From: an uncultured Actinomycetes bacterium | Lineage (GTDB): Bacteria > Actinomycetota > Thermoleophilia > Gaiellales > JAICJC01 | DNA: 64,000 nucleotides | Direction of reading: 5' to 3' | Assembly: GCA_963708725.1 (NCBI GenBank) | Contig: CAVPTL010000014.1 | Coordinates: 74,497 to 138,496, forward strand | Shown: positions 8,993-17,544 of the stretch, one piece after another | Layout of the letters: each line of letters opens with the position of its first letter | Numbering within the stretch: position 1 is the first letter of the stretch | The notes under the pieces: model-generated | Seen by the model: the letters and a program-made list of their open reading frames with translations, nothing else | What the model was told of the DNA's origin: nothing | The model's database searches: none | Made by a program: the position numbers and the translations under genes

Positions 8993-9430
8993 CTACTCGG
9001 CGACCATCTCGCCAGAACCACCCATTTCGGCAGGAAAGTCCTTGAACTTGGGCAGGCCATCGTCGATCGCCAACACGGACGACTCGCAGTTGACGTGCAC
9101 GCCGGGGGTGAAGGGAAACGAGGGAATCGTCGCCGCGTAGACATCGACCAAGCCCCACTTCGGATGATTCGTCATGAGATGGCCACCGCAGTCAGTGCAC
9201 CATTGGCGGTAGCTGCGATCGTTCTGGTTGTACTCGCCGATCTTGTCTTCTCCCTGGGTCACCGTGACCGCGTCGGTTGGCCAGAGTGTGAACGCGTTGA
9301 CCGGGCCCGCCGACCAACTCCGGCACGAGGCGCAATGGCAGTAGCCGGCTCCCGCCGCATCGCCCGTGACCACGATCTTCACCGCACCGCAATAGCACTG
9401 CCCTTCAAAGCTCTTCTCACTCTGGCTCAC
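8993..9430 (-). CDS. GFA family (CENP-V/Gfa) zinc protein
   Basis: 'GQCYCGAV', 'CHCASCR', 'WCTDCG'; SD GGGAG before GTG 9430. Confidence 0.92.
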   Translation of the reverse strand: MSQSEKSFEGQCYCGAVKIVVTGDAAGAGYCHCASCRSWSAGPVNAFTLWPTDAVTVTQGEDKIGEYNQNDRSYRQWCTDCGGHLMTNHPKWGLVDVYAATIPSFPFTPGVHVNCESSVLAIDDGLPKFKDFPAEMGGSGEMVAE

Positions 9431-9573
9431 TACCAAACTCCCTCTGCCGAGTCGCGTGGATAGATCTTCCAACCAGACGATCGTAACGGCTGAGATCTTC
9501 CCGTGGGCACGATGTCAGCGGCGGGCGTGCTGCTCGGGGGCCAGCGTTCTGCGAACCCTACGGCTACCTGAGA

Positions 9574-9598
9574 TGGAGGCGGCGGGAATCGACCCGCG
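9574..9598 (-). repeat. Displaced copy of the tmRNA 3' end (att-like direct repeat)
   Basis: tggaggcggcgggaatcga-cccgcg matches 10116-10141 except for a 1-nt deletion in the T-loop. Confidence 0.9.
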
Positions 9599-9650
9599 GA
9601 TCGTTCTGGCCGTACGGCGCCGTCGTCAGAACGAATCTCGCGTGCAATAC

Positions 9651-9986
9651 CTAGCTCGCGACGCTTTTCTTCTGGCCAGCGATACCGATCGGGTACGAAT
9701 TCTCGTCAAACCGTGCGACCAGCTCGAGCTTCCCGCCCATGGCCTCGACATAGGCTCGCAGAGTGGAGAGATAGACGTCGTTTTCACGCTCGACCCGACT
9801 GATGTTCACCGGCGTCTGGTGCAACCGCTCGGCGACTTGAGCTTGAGTCAGTCCCTGAGCCTTACGGATGTCCTGAAGCGCGTATCCATGCTTGATTGCC
9901 TGGACACCCGCAACAACGCGCTCCTCCATGCCGGGACGTTCCGCAAGCTTACGATCCCGGACTTCCTTCCACGATGTTGTCTTCAT
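9651..9986 (-). CDS. XRE-family HTH protein, HigA-like antitoxin
   Basis: 'LQDIRKAQGLTQAQVAERL...NISRVERENDVYLSTLRAYVEAMGGKLELVARF'; SD GGGAG before ATG 9986. Confidence 0.85.
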   Translation of the reverse strand: MKTTSWKEVRDRKLAERPGMEERVVAGVQAIKHGYALQDIRKAQGLTQAQVAERLHQTPVNISRVERENDVYLSTLRAYVEAMGGKLELVARFDENSYPIGIAGQKKSVAS

Positions 9987-10115
9987 GATTCGACTCCCTG
10001 GCTGGTTGGGTGGCGGGTTCGCGGTCATCATTCCCGCGCCCAACCCGATCGGAACCGGTCAAAGATCCGAGTCCGATCGATCTCGGCTCTCGATCCCTCA
10101 CCCACAGCCAAACAG

Positions 10116-10470
10116 TGGAGGCGGCGGGAATCGAACCCGCGTCCATGACCGCACGAAGAAAGCGTCTACAAGCGTAGTCCGGGTTTGAAATTCGCCCTTG
10201 AGCTGCCCCCGAACAGGCCACCCTACGGACTAGCCCGTCTTTGAAGTCCCGGTCGGCGGCGCAGGCGCTCCGCCTTCCAGCAAGCCCGTTAGCTGACGCC
10301 GGCAATCCCTCCCACGGGCCGGAGGGGCCGACGCGCTACCTAGTTAATTAGGCAGCGAGTGCGAGATCATTTTCCGCACTTGCGGTTTTCCAGGGATTTT
10401 ACGAGGCCACCTGGAACCTCGGCTTGCAACCTTCCCCGAGAAACGACCATGTCGAAACCAGTACGCCCCC
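10116..10470 (-). ncRNA. ssrA: tmRNA
   Basis: 5' GGGGGCGTACTGGTTTCGAC, 3' GGACGCGGGTTCGATTCCCGCCGCCTCCA; acceptor stem with G3:U; tag frame 10377-10348 reads AENDLALAA*; CCA not fully encoded. Confidence 0.97.
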
Positions 10471-10486
10471 AGGAACTCGAACCCAC

Positions 10487-10492
10487 ATTGTA
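10487..10492 (-). promoter_or_regulatory. -10 box (TACAAT) of ssrA
   Basis: Near-consensus hexamer 16 nt upstream of the mature 5' end. Confidence 0.65.
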
Positions 10493-10502
10493 CCCGTCGG
10501 GG

Positions 10503-10967
10503 CTACTCGCCCTCGTAGTAGTCGACGTTGTTCGAGCGTTTCACCATCACGTCGTCCGCGCGATTCCCCGTCCAGATACCGATCTTGTCACTATCGGGAT
10601 AGACGGTCGCCGCCGGATGGGTGATGGACGAGTACATGAGCACCCGCACGGTGTCGCCGGTGTCGTTCTGCACTCTGTGCGCGCCTTCCGGGCCGCTCGG
10701 AAAGAACACGAGATCCCACTTGTCGAGCTGGTCGGATCCGTCCGGATGGCGCAGCGTCGGCCGCCCCTCGAGCACCAGCAGCCACTCCTCCTCGCCATAC
10801 TCATAGTGGTACGGGCACAGAGCCTCACCGGCCGGAATCTCATACACCGACGAGCCGGTTGACTTGGCGTCCAGCGAGGGGCCGATGCGAAACATCCCAG
10901 CCTTGAATCCATCCGGGTCTTCGCCGTCGTAGTGGAAGGTGGGATTGGCGATGTTGACGCGACGCAT
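10503..10967 (-). CDS. Cupin domain protein
   Basis: 'PYHYEYGEEEWLLVLEG' and 'FPSGPEGAHRVQN' cupin motifs. Confidence 0.9.
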   Translation of the reverse strand: MRRVNIANPTFHYDGEDPDGFKAGMFRIGPSLDAKSTGSSVYEIPAGEALCPYHYEYGEEEWLLVLEGRPTLRHPDGSDQLDKWDLVFFPSGPEGAHRVQNDTGDTVRVLMYSSITHPAATVYPDSDKIGIWTGNRADDVMVKRSNNVDYYEGE

Positions 10968-11020
10968 GTGTGGGTCATGATACCCGGGAGGAGGTTGCGA
11001 CACCGGCGACCCGCCTGCCA

Positions 11021-11773
11021 CTACTTCGTCGGCGCCTGAGCAGTGGCGTCCTGCGCCCGGGCCACCAGCCTCGCCGCCGGTTCCGCGTCGGGAAGCACAT
11101 CGCTACGCCCCTCCTGAAACTCGATCGCCGCCTCGAGCACCGAGTCATAGCCACGACCGAGCGCCCAGCGACCGCCGTCGACCTTCGAACAGATCACGCC
11201 CTCCTCGGCGAAGCGCCACACGCGGGCGGCGTTGAGGGTCTGGTAGGCGGTCGAGCCGTGCTCGAGGCCCCAATCGAGCTCGTGTCGAAACTCGGCCAAA
11301 AGCCATTCTCGGGGGATCGCGCCCACCACCTCCGTGGCCGGTGGGCCGACGAGTGCGACGCCGGCGGTGCGCACCACGGCGAGATGCAGGATCACGTCCG
11401 TCGACGGCCCGTGGCTCTCACCGAACACCGCCACGTCGCCGTCCGGCCCCGTGCTGAGGTTCAGCTCGAACGGTGACGGGTGACGCGGTCGTCGAGCCAC
11501 ATCGAGGGTGATCACGTCCAACTCGAGCCCGCACGCCGGATTGGGGATCCGTGCGTGGCTGACCGCCGCGGCCAGTTCACCCAACCGCTCGCGGCCTAGC
11601 GGCCGGCGCACCACCGCGAGTGCGTCGACATCGCTTCGGTCGACCCCAAAGCCGCCGAGTACCGCCGAGCCGTGCAGATACACCGCTTCGAGATCGCGAC
11701 CGATCACCGCAACGATCGCAGCTGCGATGTGGGCGGTGTAGTCGGCTATTGCGGGTGGCACGCTCACAGGCAC
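11021..11773 (-). CDS. Nucleotidyltransferase with AadA-like C-terminal domain (DUF4111)
   Basis: '[11 protein letters not shown]...SDVD' NTase motif; 'LNAARVW...SKVDGGRWA'; start approximate. Confidence 0.8.
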   Translation of the reverse strand: MPVSVPPAIADYTAHIAAAIVAVIGRDLEAVYLHGSAVLGGFGVDRSDVDALAVVRRPLGRERLGELAAAVSHARIPNPACGLELDVITLDVARRPRHPSPFELNLSTGPDGDVAVFGESHGPSTDVILHLAVVRTAGVALVGPPATEVVGAIPREWLLAEFRHELDWGLEHGSTAYQTLNAARVWRFAEEGVICSKVDGGRWALGRGYDSVLEAAIEFQEGRSDVLPDAEPAARLVARAQDATAQAPTK

Positions 11774-11790
11774 CCCGCAGCCTACCGAGG

Positions 11791-11817
11791 TAAATCCGCC
11801 CGTCCCGCGTCCGATCA
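11791..11817 (+). promoter_or_regulatory. Putative sigma-28 (FliA/WhiG) promoter
   Basis: TAAA-N15-TCCGATCA versus consensus TAAA-N15-GCCGATAA, upstream of an MCP gene. Confidence 0.6.
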
Positions 11818-11872
11818 TCCGATGCGTACGGCGACTCGCGCCGTGTCGCTATCGAGCACGGTGGAGGAACTC

Positions 11873-13582
11873 GTGAAACCAGGTGGATGGTCGCTCAAGC
11901 TCAAGCTCGCGGCGGGATTCGGTCTTGTGGTTGCGGTGTTTTTGGTGGCGATGGCGGCGGTGCTGTCGGCATCCCAACGCTCGGACCACGCGTGGGCCCA
12001 GACGCTCGGATGGTCGGCCGCCCAGAAGGGCGTCGCCGAGCAGATCCGCAGCACCCAGGCCCAGATGTTCGAGCAAGACGCCCTGGTGGCGACCTGGAAC
12101 CCGGTTCACATGCAGCGTTGGGAGGCGGCAGTCGCGCTTGGTGATCATGGCGCGGCGGCGGTCTCGAAGGTGCACGATCACGTGATCGCGACCGTCTCGG
12201 CGAACGCGAGCGTCGCCGACCACCACCACGACGACACCGTCCATCACCTGCTCTTCCCCGCCTTCAAGCGGGGCGACCACGCCGCCGCACTCGCCGCGCT
12301 GCTGAAAGCCAACCGCTACGTGCAGGTGCCCTACCGCGCGCTGCTTACGGTCCGCACCCGCATCGACCAACTCCGCGATCGCGACGCCGCCACGGCTCAC
12401 CGCTATGCCCGAAGAGCCCAGGTCATCGGCCTGCTCGCAGTGCTGCTGGGCGCAGTCGTGGCTGCGGTCGTCTCGATCCTGATCATCCGCAGTGTCCGGC
12501 GACCGATCGCTGCGCTGGTCGCGATCAGTGAGGCCGCCGCGGCCGGGGATCTGACCGTGCGCGCGGACGCTCGCAACGACGAACTCGGGCGACTCGGCCG
12601 GAGCTTCAACTCGATGATCGAGAACCTCGAATCGCTTGTCGACCAGATCGGTGAAGCGTCGACATCGGTACGTGGCGCCGCCGAGGAGATGTCGCAGACC
12701 AGCGCCGGCGCGGGCCGCGCGATCGACGAGATCGCGGTGTCGATGGGCGACATCGCAGCCGGCGCCGAGCGCCAGGCGCGACTCGCAGACGCCGCCCGAA
12801 CGGCGGCCGACTCGGTCGCCGACGGCATCGAGCTGAGCGCCACGAGCGCCAACGAAGCCAGCGCGGTCGCGGGCAATGCTCGGGCAGCAGCGGACGCCGG
12901 TGTCGAATCGGCGACGGCTGCGAGCGAGGCCATGGAGGTGCTGCGCGAGTCCGCCGACTCGGTCACCGCCGCGATTCGCCGGCTGGCGTCGAAGTCGGAG
13001 GAGATCGGTGGGATCGTCGAGGCCATCACCGGAATCGCGGGCCAGACCAACCTGCTGGCGCTGAACGCCGCCATCGAAGCCGCCAGGGCCGGCGAGCAGG
13101 GGCGGGGATTCGCGGTCGTCGCCGAAGAGGTACGGAAACTCGCCGAGGAATCTGAGCAGGCCGCTTCACGGATCAGTTCACTGATCGGCGAGATCCAGAT
13201 CGAGACCCAGCGCGCGGTGGAGGTCGTCGATGAATCCGCACGCCGCTCCGAGTCGGGCGCCGCAACCGTCGAGGCCGCCAAGGAGGCGTTCCTCGCGATC
13301 GGCGGTTCGGTGACCCAGGTCACGAGCCAGGTGTCCGACGTGCTGGTTGCGATCGAGGCCGTCCGCGACGGAGCACGGCGAATGACCGACAGCCTGACCG
13401 AGGTAACCGGAGTGTCGGAAGAATCCGCAACAGCGGTTCAGCAGGTGTCGGCATCCACCCAGCAGACGACGGCGTCCACCGCCGAGATCGTCACGTCAGC
13501 CGGCCGGCTGACTTCGACCGCGGGCGAGCTGGAACGGCTCGTGGCCAGGTTTCGGGTGGTTCCCGTGCCGCAGTCCGACTGA
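11873..13582 (+). CDS. Methyl-accepting chemotaxis protein (TM-sensor-TM-HAMP-MA)
   Basis: '[38 protein letters not shown]'; HAMP 'GDLTVRA...[13 protein letters not shown]'; SD GGAGG before GTG 11873. Confidence 0.95.
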   Translation: MKPGGWSLKLKLAAGFGLVVAVFLVAMAAVLSASQRSDHAWAQTLGWSAAQKGVAEQIRSTQAQMFEQDALVATWNPVHMQRWEAAVALGDHGAAAVSKVHDHVIATVSANASVADHHHDDTVHHLLFPAFKRGDHAAALAALLKANRYVQVPYRALLTVRTRIDQLRDRDAATAHRYARRAQVIGLLAVLLGAVVAAVVSILIIRSVRRPIAALVAISEAAAAGDLTVRADARNDELGRLGRSFNSMIENLESLVDQIGEASTSVRGAAEEMSQTSAGAGRAIDEIAVSMGDIAAGAERQARLADAARTAADSVADGIELSATSANEASAVAGNARAAADAGVESATAASEAMEVLRESADSVTAAIRRLASKSEEIGGIVEAITGIAGQTNLLALNAAIEAARAGEQGRGFAVVAEEVRKLAEESEQAASRISSLIGEIQIETQRAVEVVDESARRSESGAATVEAAKEAFLAIGGSVTQVTSQVSDVLVAIEAVRDGARRMTDSLTEVTGVSEESATAVQQVSASTQQTTASTAEIVTSAGRLTSTAGELERLVARFRVVPVPQSD

Positions 13583-13589
13583 GTTCCGC

Positions 13590-13617
13590 GAACTTCTGAC
13601 ACGTGCGGCCGGTCTGA
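13590..13617 (+). promoter_or_regulatory. Putative ECF sigma promoter GAACTT-N16-GTCTGA
   Basis: Matches the RpoE-type consensus and lies 5 nt before ATG 13623. Confidence 0.6.
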
Positions 13618-13622
13618 TGGAC

Positions 13623-14162
13623 ATGCCTCTACGAACCTCGGTTGCTGCGTTCGTGCTCTGTGCCCTCGTGGGGCTGCTCGCCACGGGGTGCTTCGGCAGC
13701 TCCAGCAGCTCGCCGCCGGCGACCTCGAAATCGACAGGCCCGACCGCAGTCGCGCCACCGGCTCCGCGCGATCAGTTCACCGTGACGTACTCGGGCCTTC
13801 GCACCGCTCGGACGAGGAGCGCCGTCCACGGACGTTGCCCACGGCTTGCCACCTGCCGGCCGGTGCGGCTGAGATTCATGACGCCGCACCTGTGGGTGCT
13901 CGCGGTCACGCGTCACCTCAGCTGCGATCCACCCGTCGGGCAGTACCGGGATCCCGGGTTGGCGTGCAAGGCGCTCCGAGACATGCGCCTGCGGCTCGGC
14001 CGACGCCATAGCGTCTGCAGCTGCCCGGCCATTCTTGCCGAACCGGCCAAAGCCGTCGGCACGCTCAAGGGACGTCTGGTGGAGGTGCCGCTCGACCCAT
14101 GCACGGCCTGCGGGCTCGGAGAGCCCGCCCAGAGAGACCTGCGTGTGCTGATTCCGATGTAG
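13623..14162 (+). CDS. Lipoprotein with a subtilisin-inhibitor (SSI)-like C-terminal domain
   Basis: Lipobox 'LLATGC', Ser/Pro linker, 'LSCDPPVG.Y.DP..ACKAL...CSCP...AVGTLKGR.V...C'. Confidence 0.6.
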   Translation: MPLRTSVAAFVLCALVGLLATGCFGSSSSSPPATSKSTGPTAVAPPAPRDQFTVTYSGLRTARTRSAVHGRCPRLATCRPVRLRFMTPHLWVLAVTRHLSCDPPVGQYRDPGLACKALRDMRLRLGRRHSVCSCPAILAEPAKAVGTLKGRLVEVPLDPCTACGLGEPAQRDLRVLIPM

Positions 14163-14187
14163 CCCACCCGGTCACTACACTCACCGG

Positions 14188-14562
14188 ATGCGTCTCGAGG
14201 TGCGATTCTCTGCGGTCCCGGTCGAGGGGTTGCGGGCGTTTTTGGAGCCATTGGGCTACCGGTTCGACTGGGGTCCGGAGCTGGAAGGGATCGGGTTTCA
14301 CTGGCTCAAGCAGCCGCTATCGGGCACGGGCGTGCGCGCGACCTACTTCCCCGACGGTACCGAGGGACTGCTGCTGCTCGAGACCGACGCGCAGGCGTCG
14401 GTCACCGACGCCGCCATGCAGGACGTGACCGCTCGGCTACTGGCGGAGCGATTCGAGAGCGTGTCGGTGTGGTGTGCCACCACCGATCGGCCGGAATACG
14501 CCGGCGGCCAGAGCTCCGAGCCGCCCGCTCCCGGCGTCGACCCACCCGCCTGGTACTCGTGA
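14188..14562 (+). CDS. Hypothetical protein
   Basis: 124-aa ORF; TACACT 6 nt upstream of the ATG; stop lies inside palindrome copy 3. Confidence 0.65.
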   Translation: MRLEVRFSAVPVEGLRAFLEPLGYRFDWGPELEGIGFHWLKQPLSGTGVRATYFPDGTEGLLLLETDAQASVTDAAMQDVTARLLAERFESVSVWCATTDRPEYAGGQSSEPPAPGVDPPAWYS

Positions 14563-14588
14563 ATAACGGTGCCTGGCACCGTTATTCA
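14560..14588. repeat. Dispersed palindrome copy 3: TGAATAACGGTGCC-T-GGCACCGTTATTCA
   Basis: Identical to copy 2; supplies the stops of both convergent genes. Confidence 0.95.
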
Positions 14589-15031
14589 CCCGCGAGCTGT
14601 TGCCAGGTCTTACCGCTGCGGACGCTGGCCGGCTGTTCGGCCACGATGTCTGAGCCTGGGCGGGCGAACTCGTCGCGCGCTTTGACGAGAATCCAGCTGC
14701 GCTCTCCCGTGCGGGTCAACCCGAACCGTCCCGAGAGCTTCTTGCCGGTGAGCTCAAACGACAGGTGATCGTGCTCCTCGCGGTCGAACTCGACGGTGCC
14801 CTCGTCCCAGATGATCACTGCGCCGGTGCCGCGCGACGAACCGGCGTGCACGCCCTCGAACTCGCCGGCCTCAAGGGAATGATCGTCGACCGGCACCGCA
14901 AGCCGGCGCTCGGCCGGATCCATCGACGGTCCCCTGGGCACTGCCCACGAGCGCAGCAGGTCGCCGACCTGGAGCCGCACGTCGTAGTGCAGTGCGGTGG
15001 CGTCATGGAGCTGCACGACAAAACGCGGCAT
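14582..15031 (-). CDS. Stand-alone LigD 3'-phosphoesterase (PE) domain protein
   Basis: 'FVVQLHDATALHYDVRL...SWAVPRGPS.DP..RRLAV.VDDH', 'IWDEG', 'G.KLSGRF.L'. Confidence 0.9.
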   Translation of the reverse strand: MPRFVVQLHDATALHYDVRLQVGDLLRSWAVPRGPSMDPAERRLAVPVDDHSLEAGEFEGVHAGSSRGTGAVIIWDEGTVEFDREEHDHLSFELTGKKLSGRFGLTRTGERSWILVKARDEFARPGSDIVAEQPASVRSGKTWQQLAGE

Positions 15032-15054
15032 CGTCTCGGTACTCTATGACCCCG

Positions 15055-15300
15055 ATGGAGACCGACGAACTCGAGCAGTATCAGCAGGAGGCCCACGCGC
15101 TTGGGCTCGAGCTCGAGCTGATCGGGTTCGATCCCTGGACGGTGATGGGTCTCGCCCTCGAGAGCGACGGCTCCACCCCGATCGAGTTCTGGCGTGCCGA
15201 GCTTCGCCGCGACGGCGATCGTGTGCTGTTCGAGGTACGCGACACCGCTTCGGCAGCCGCCGAAGCGGCTCTCAGCGCCTATCGGGAGGCAAAGCCCTAG
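15055..15300 (+). CDS. Small acidic hypothetical protein
   Basis: 81-aa ORF in the gap between the PE and ASCH genes; TACTCT 9 nt upstream. Confidence 0.55.
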   Translation: METDELEQYQQEAHALGLELELIGFDPWTVMGLALESDGSTPIEFWRAELRRDGDRVLFEVRDTASAAAEAALSAYREAKP

Positions 15301-15734
15301 CCGGGCAGGGGCCACACCAGGTCGAAGCGCTCGAGCACCATCTCGGTGGCATCCGTCAGCGGCATCCCGCAGCGCTCAAAGAATTGGATGTGGCCTTCGC
15401 GCCAGTCTGCGAGCGTACGGTCGCCCTCACCCTCGGTCCAGGCGAAGTCGGCGTCGACCTCGTCGAACCGGCGGATCTCGACCCCGGTTGTGCGGATCAC
15501 GCACACCGCGGCACCGTCGCCATCGAGGATCACGCTGTAGTCGCCGACTGCCGGGAGCGGCTCGCCTTCGGCGTACTCAGCGACAAGACCAGCGGTCGCC
15601 CGCTTGGGACCGTCCCGCACCAGCAGCCCGAGTTCGGTCGCCATCGTCGGCGAGTCTCCAAAGCCCCAGGCCGAGTACACCGCGCTCACGCCGGTGGCCG
15701 CCGAAAACTCGGCCCACAGAGCCTCGGGGGTCAC
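15297..15734 (-). CDS. ASCH domain protein
   Basis: 'WGFGD...LVRDGPKRATA...P.VGDYSVILD...FAWTEGEGDRTL..WR..H'. Confidence 0.9.
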   Translation of the reverse strand: MTPEALWAEFSAATGVSAVYSAWGFGDSPTMATELGLLVRDGPKRATAGLVAEYAEGEPLPAVGDYSVILDGDGAAVCVIRTTGVEIRRFDEVDADFAWTEGEGDRTLADWREGHIQFFERCGMPLTDATEMVLERFDLVWPLPG

Positions 15735-16198
15735 CGCCGAAACCGCTCCTTGACCTCGCGCTCCAGCTGGCGTTTGCTCTCGCGATCGGCGATCGAGCGG
15801 CGCTTGTCGACACCCTCCTTGCCCTTCGCCAGGCCCAGCTCGAGCTTCACCCGCCCGTTGGAGAAGTACAGCGCCAGCGGCACCAGCGTGTTGCCGCGCT
15901 CGGCCACCCGGCTTGCGAACTCCTCGATCTGGCGGCGATGCAGCAGCAGCTTTCGGTCTCGCAGCGGATCGTGGTTTTGCTGGTTTCCCTGCTTGTACGG
16001 CGCGATGTTCGCACCGATCAGAAACAGCTCGCCGCCGCGGGCGATGGCGTAGGCCTCGCGAATGTTGCCGCCGCCGTCGCGCAGCGACTTGACCTCTGTC
16101 CCGGTCAAGGCGATGCCCGCCTCGACCCGTTCGAGGATGTGAAAGTCGTGCCGCGCCTTGCGGTTCTCGGTGATCAGTTTTCGCGGAGAGTCGGCCAT
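15731..16198 (-). CDS. smpB: SsrA-binding protein
   Basis: 'NRKARHDF...EAGIALTGTEVKSLR...RKLLLHR...DKR'. Confidence 0.98.
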   Translation of the reverse strand: MADSPRKLITENRKARHDFHILERVEAGIALTGTEVKSLRDGGGNIREAYAIARGGELFLIGANIAPYKQGNQQNHDPLRDRKLLLHRRQIEEFASRVAERGNTLVPLALYFSNGRVKLELGLAKGKEGVDKRRSIADRESKRQLEREVKERFRR

Positions 16199-16208
16199 GA
16201 GTACCAGT

Positions 16209-17384
16209 CTAGGCGGCGACCGGCTCGAGTCCGCGCAACCGCTGGGACAGGATGAACAGCCCGCCCGCGACCGCGAGCAGCAGCGCGCACAGCGCGAACC
16301 CGACCGTGTACCCGTCGTGCTGGATCAGGTATCCGGTGAGCGGGAACAGCCACAGCATCTGGATCGAGAAGCCACCCTCGGCAATCGACATCGACGTCGC
16401 CCGGTACTCAGACCGGGTGTTGTGCTGGAGATAGGTCGAGAGCGTCACGTACACCAGCTCGGGAGCTCCCGCCACGATCATCAGCACAAGCACCGGCAGG
16501 ATCAGTCCCGGTAGCGATGGCCCCACGAGCAGCGAAAGCGACGCCGCACCGGTCGCGACCGCCACCGAGATCGGCATCGGAACGCGCTCGCCGATCCGGC
16601 CTCCGATCCAGCTGAATCCCGCACCCACCAGCATCGCTGTGCCCAGCGCGAAGCCAAGCATGGTGTCGGTCGCCCCGCGCGAGGCATAGAACGGGGCGAC
16701 ATAGAACCACCAGGCAGTGTTGGCCGCCCAGTAGAGGCTCCATGCGAAGGTGAGCGTCGCAAGCCGCGGCGAGCGCCGCAGCGCCACCAACCCGCGGCGC
16801 GCCACCGACACGCCACCGCCGACATCGCTGCGGTCGTCGGAAGGCAACTTGAGCGCGATCGCCGAGGCGATCAGGGCGCACGCGGCCGTGAGGAAGAATG
16901 CGGCGGGGCGCGACCAGTAGTGGGCAATCAGGCCCCCAGCCATGTACGAGATCGCCGTCGCGAACTGAAACACGGCCCACAGGCCTCCGAGCATGCGGGG
17001 AAACTGAGCCTGAGCGTCGTCGTGGGCGAGCGAGTCGAACAGATAGGCCTCATCGGTACCGGTGCGAAGGGCAAAGCTGATGCCATGGACAGCTCCCGCG
17101 AGGCAGATCAACCCAAACGTCGGCGCAAACACGTAGCCCAGCTCTCCCAGCGCCGTGAATCCGCCTGCCACAACCATCATCCGGCGCCGGCCGAGTGAGT
17201 CGGCCAATGCCCCGGTCGGTACCTGTGCGGCCAGCATCCCGACGTGCAGGCTCGCCTCGACCAGCCCGAACTGGGTCAGGGTCAGGCCGCGTGAGAGCAG
17301 ATAGACGGCCCAGATCGGACCGGTAAAGGCGATACCGCTGAAGAGCTGATACAGCCGAAAAATCGTTTGTGATCGCGCGTTCAC
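16209..17384 (-). CDS. MFS transporter
   Basis: About 12 hydrophobic segments; motif A 'PTGALADSLGRR'; 'YRATSMS'. Confidence 0.9.
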   Translation of the reverse strand: MNARSQTIFRLYQLFSGIAFTGPIWAVYLLSRGLTLTQFGLVEASLHVGMLAAQVPTGALADSLGRRRMMVVAGGFTALGELGYVFAPTFGLICLAGAVHGISFALRTGTDEAYLFDSLAHDDAQAQFPRMLGGLWAVFQFATAISYMAGGLIAHYWSRPAAFFLTAACALIASAIALKLPSDDRSDVGGGVSVARRGLVALRRSPRLATLTFAWSLYWAANTAWWFYVAPFYASRGATDTMLGFALGTAMLVGAGFSWIGGRIGERVPMPISVAVATGAASLSLLVGPSLPGLILPVLVLMIVAGAPELVYVTLSTYLQHNTRSEYRATSMSIAEGGFSIQMLWLFPLTGYLIQHDGYTVGFALCALLLAVAGGLFILSQRLRGLEPVAA

Positions 17385-17411
17385 TCATACCTCAAGATGT
17401 CGGTAAGGACA

Positions 17412-17462
17412 GGGGCCGGATGCGTTTGCCGCCCGTTTTTGGGCAGGCTGACGCAGGGCCCC
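17412..17462 (-). promoter_or_regulatory. Long interrupted hairpin in the MFS leader (possible attenuator)
   Basis: Nested pairings GGGGCC/GGCCCC, GCGT/ACGC, GCC/GGC, GCCC/GGGC right after the uORF stop. Confidence 0.5.
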
Positions 17463-17464
17463 GC

Positions 17465-17536
17465 TCAGTGCGAGACGCGCGAAATGGCATGCCGCAGCGA
17501 GGCAAGCTGATGGGTATGCGGGCTGCGGGTAACCAT
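17465..17536 (-). CDS. Putative leader peptide MVTRSPHTHQLASLRHAISRVSH
   Basis: ATG 10 nt after TATCCT; stop abuts the hairpin; 80 nt upstream of the MFS start. Confidence 0.45.
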   Translation of the reverse strand: MVTRSPHTHQLASLRHAISRVSH

Positions 17537-17544
17537 TGCGGCGA

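Larger units (their letters stand above)
9574..10141. mobile_element. Relic tmRNA-integrated mini-island (no integrase)
   Basis: Flanked by direct repeats of the ssrA 3' end; the only cargo is an XRE-HTH gene. Confidence 0.65.

Noticed and set aside
9574-9598. tRNA gene
   Set aside because: Only a T-arm/acceptor fragment matching the ssrA 3' end; no D or anticodon arm
9456-10148. 230-aa plus-strand ORF containing 'MEAAGIDP', as an integrase remnant
   Set aside because: The peptide is just the reverse reading of the tmRNA 3' repeat; no recombinase motifs; mostly antisense to the HTH gene
10471-10486. T-loop-like GGGTTCGAGTTCC in the ssrA leader, suggesting a permuted tmRNA or tRNA remnant
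   Set aside because: Too short, and the tmRNA is a complete one-piece gene
1740-14588. 29-bp palindromic repeats as a CRISPR array
   Set aside because: Copies are 1.5-25 kb apart with whole genes between them, there is no spacer periodicity, and no cas genes are present
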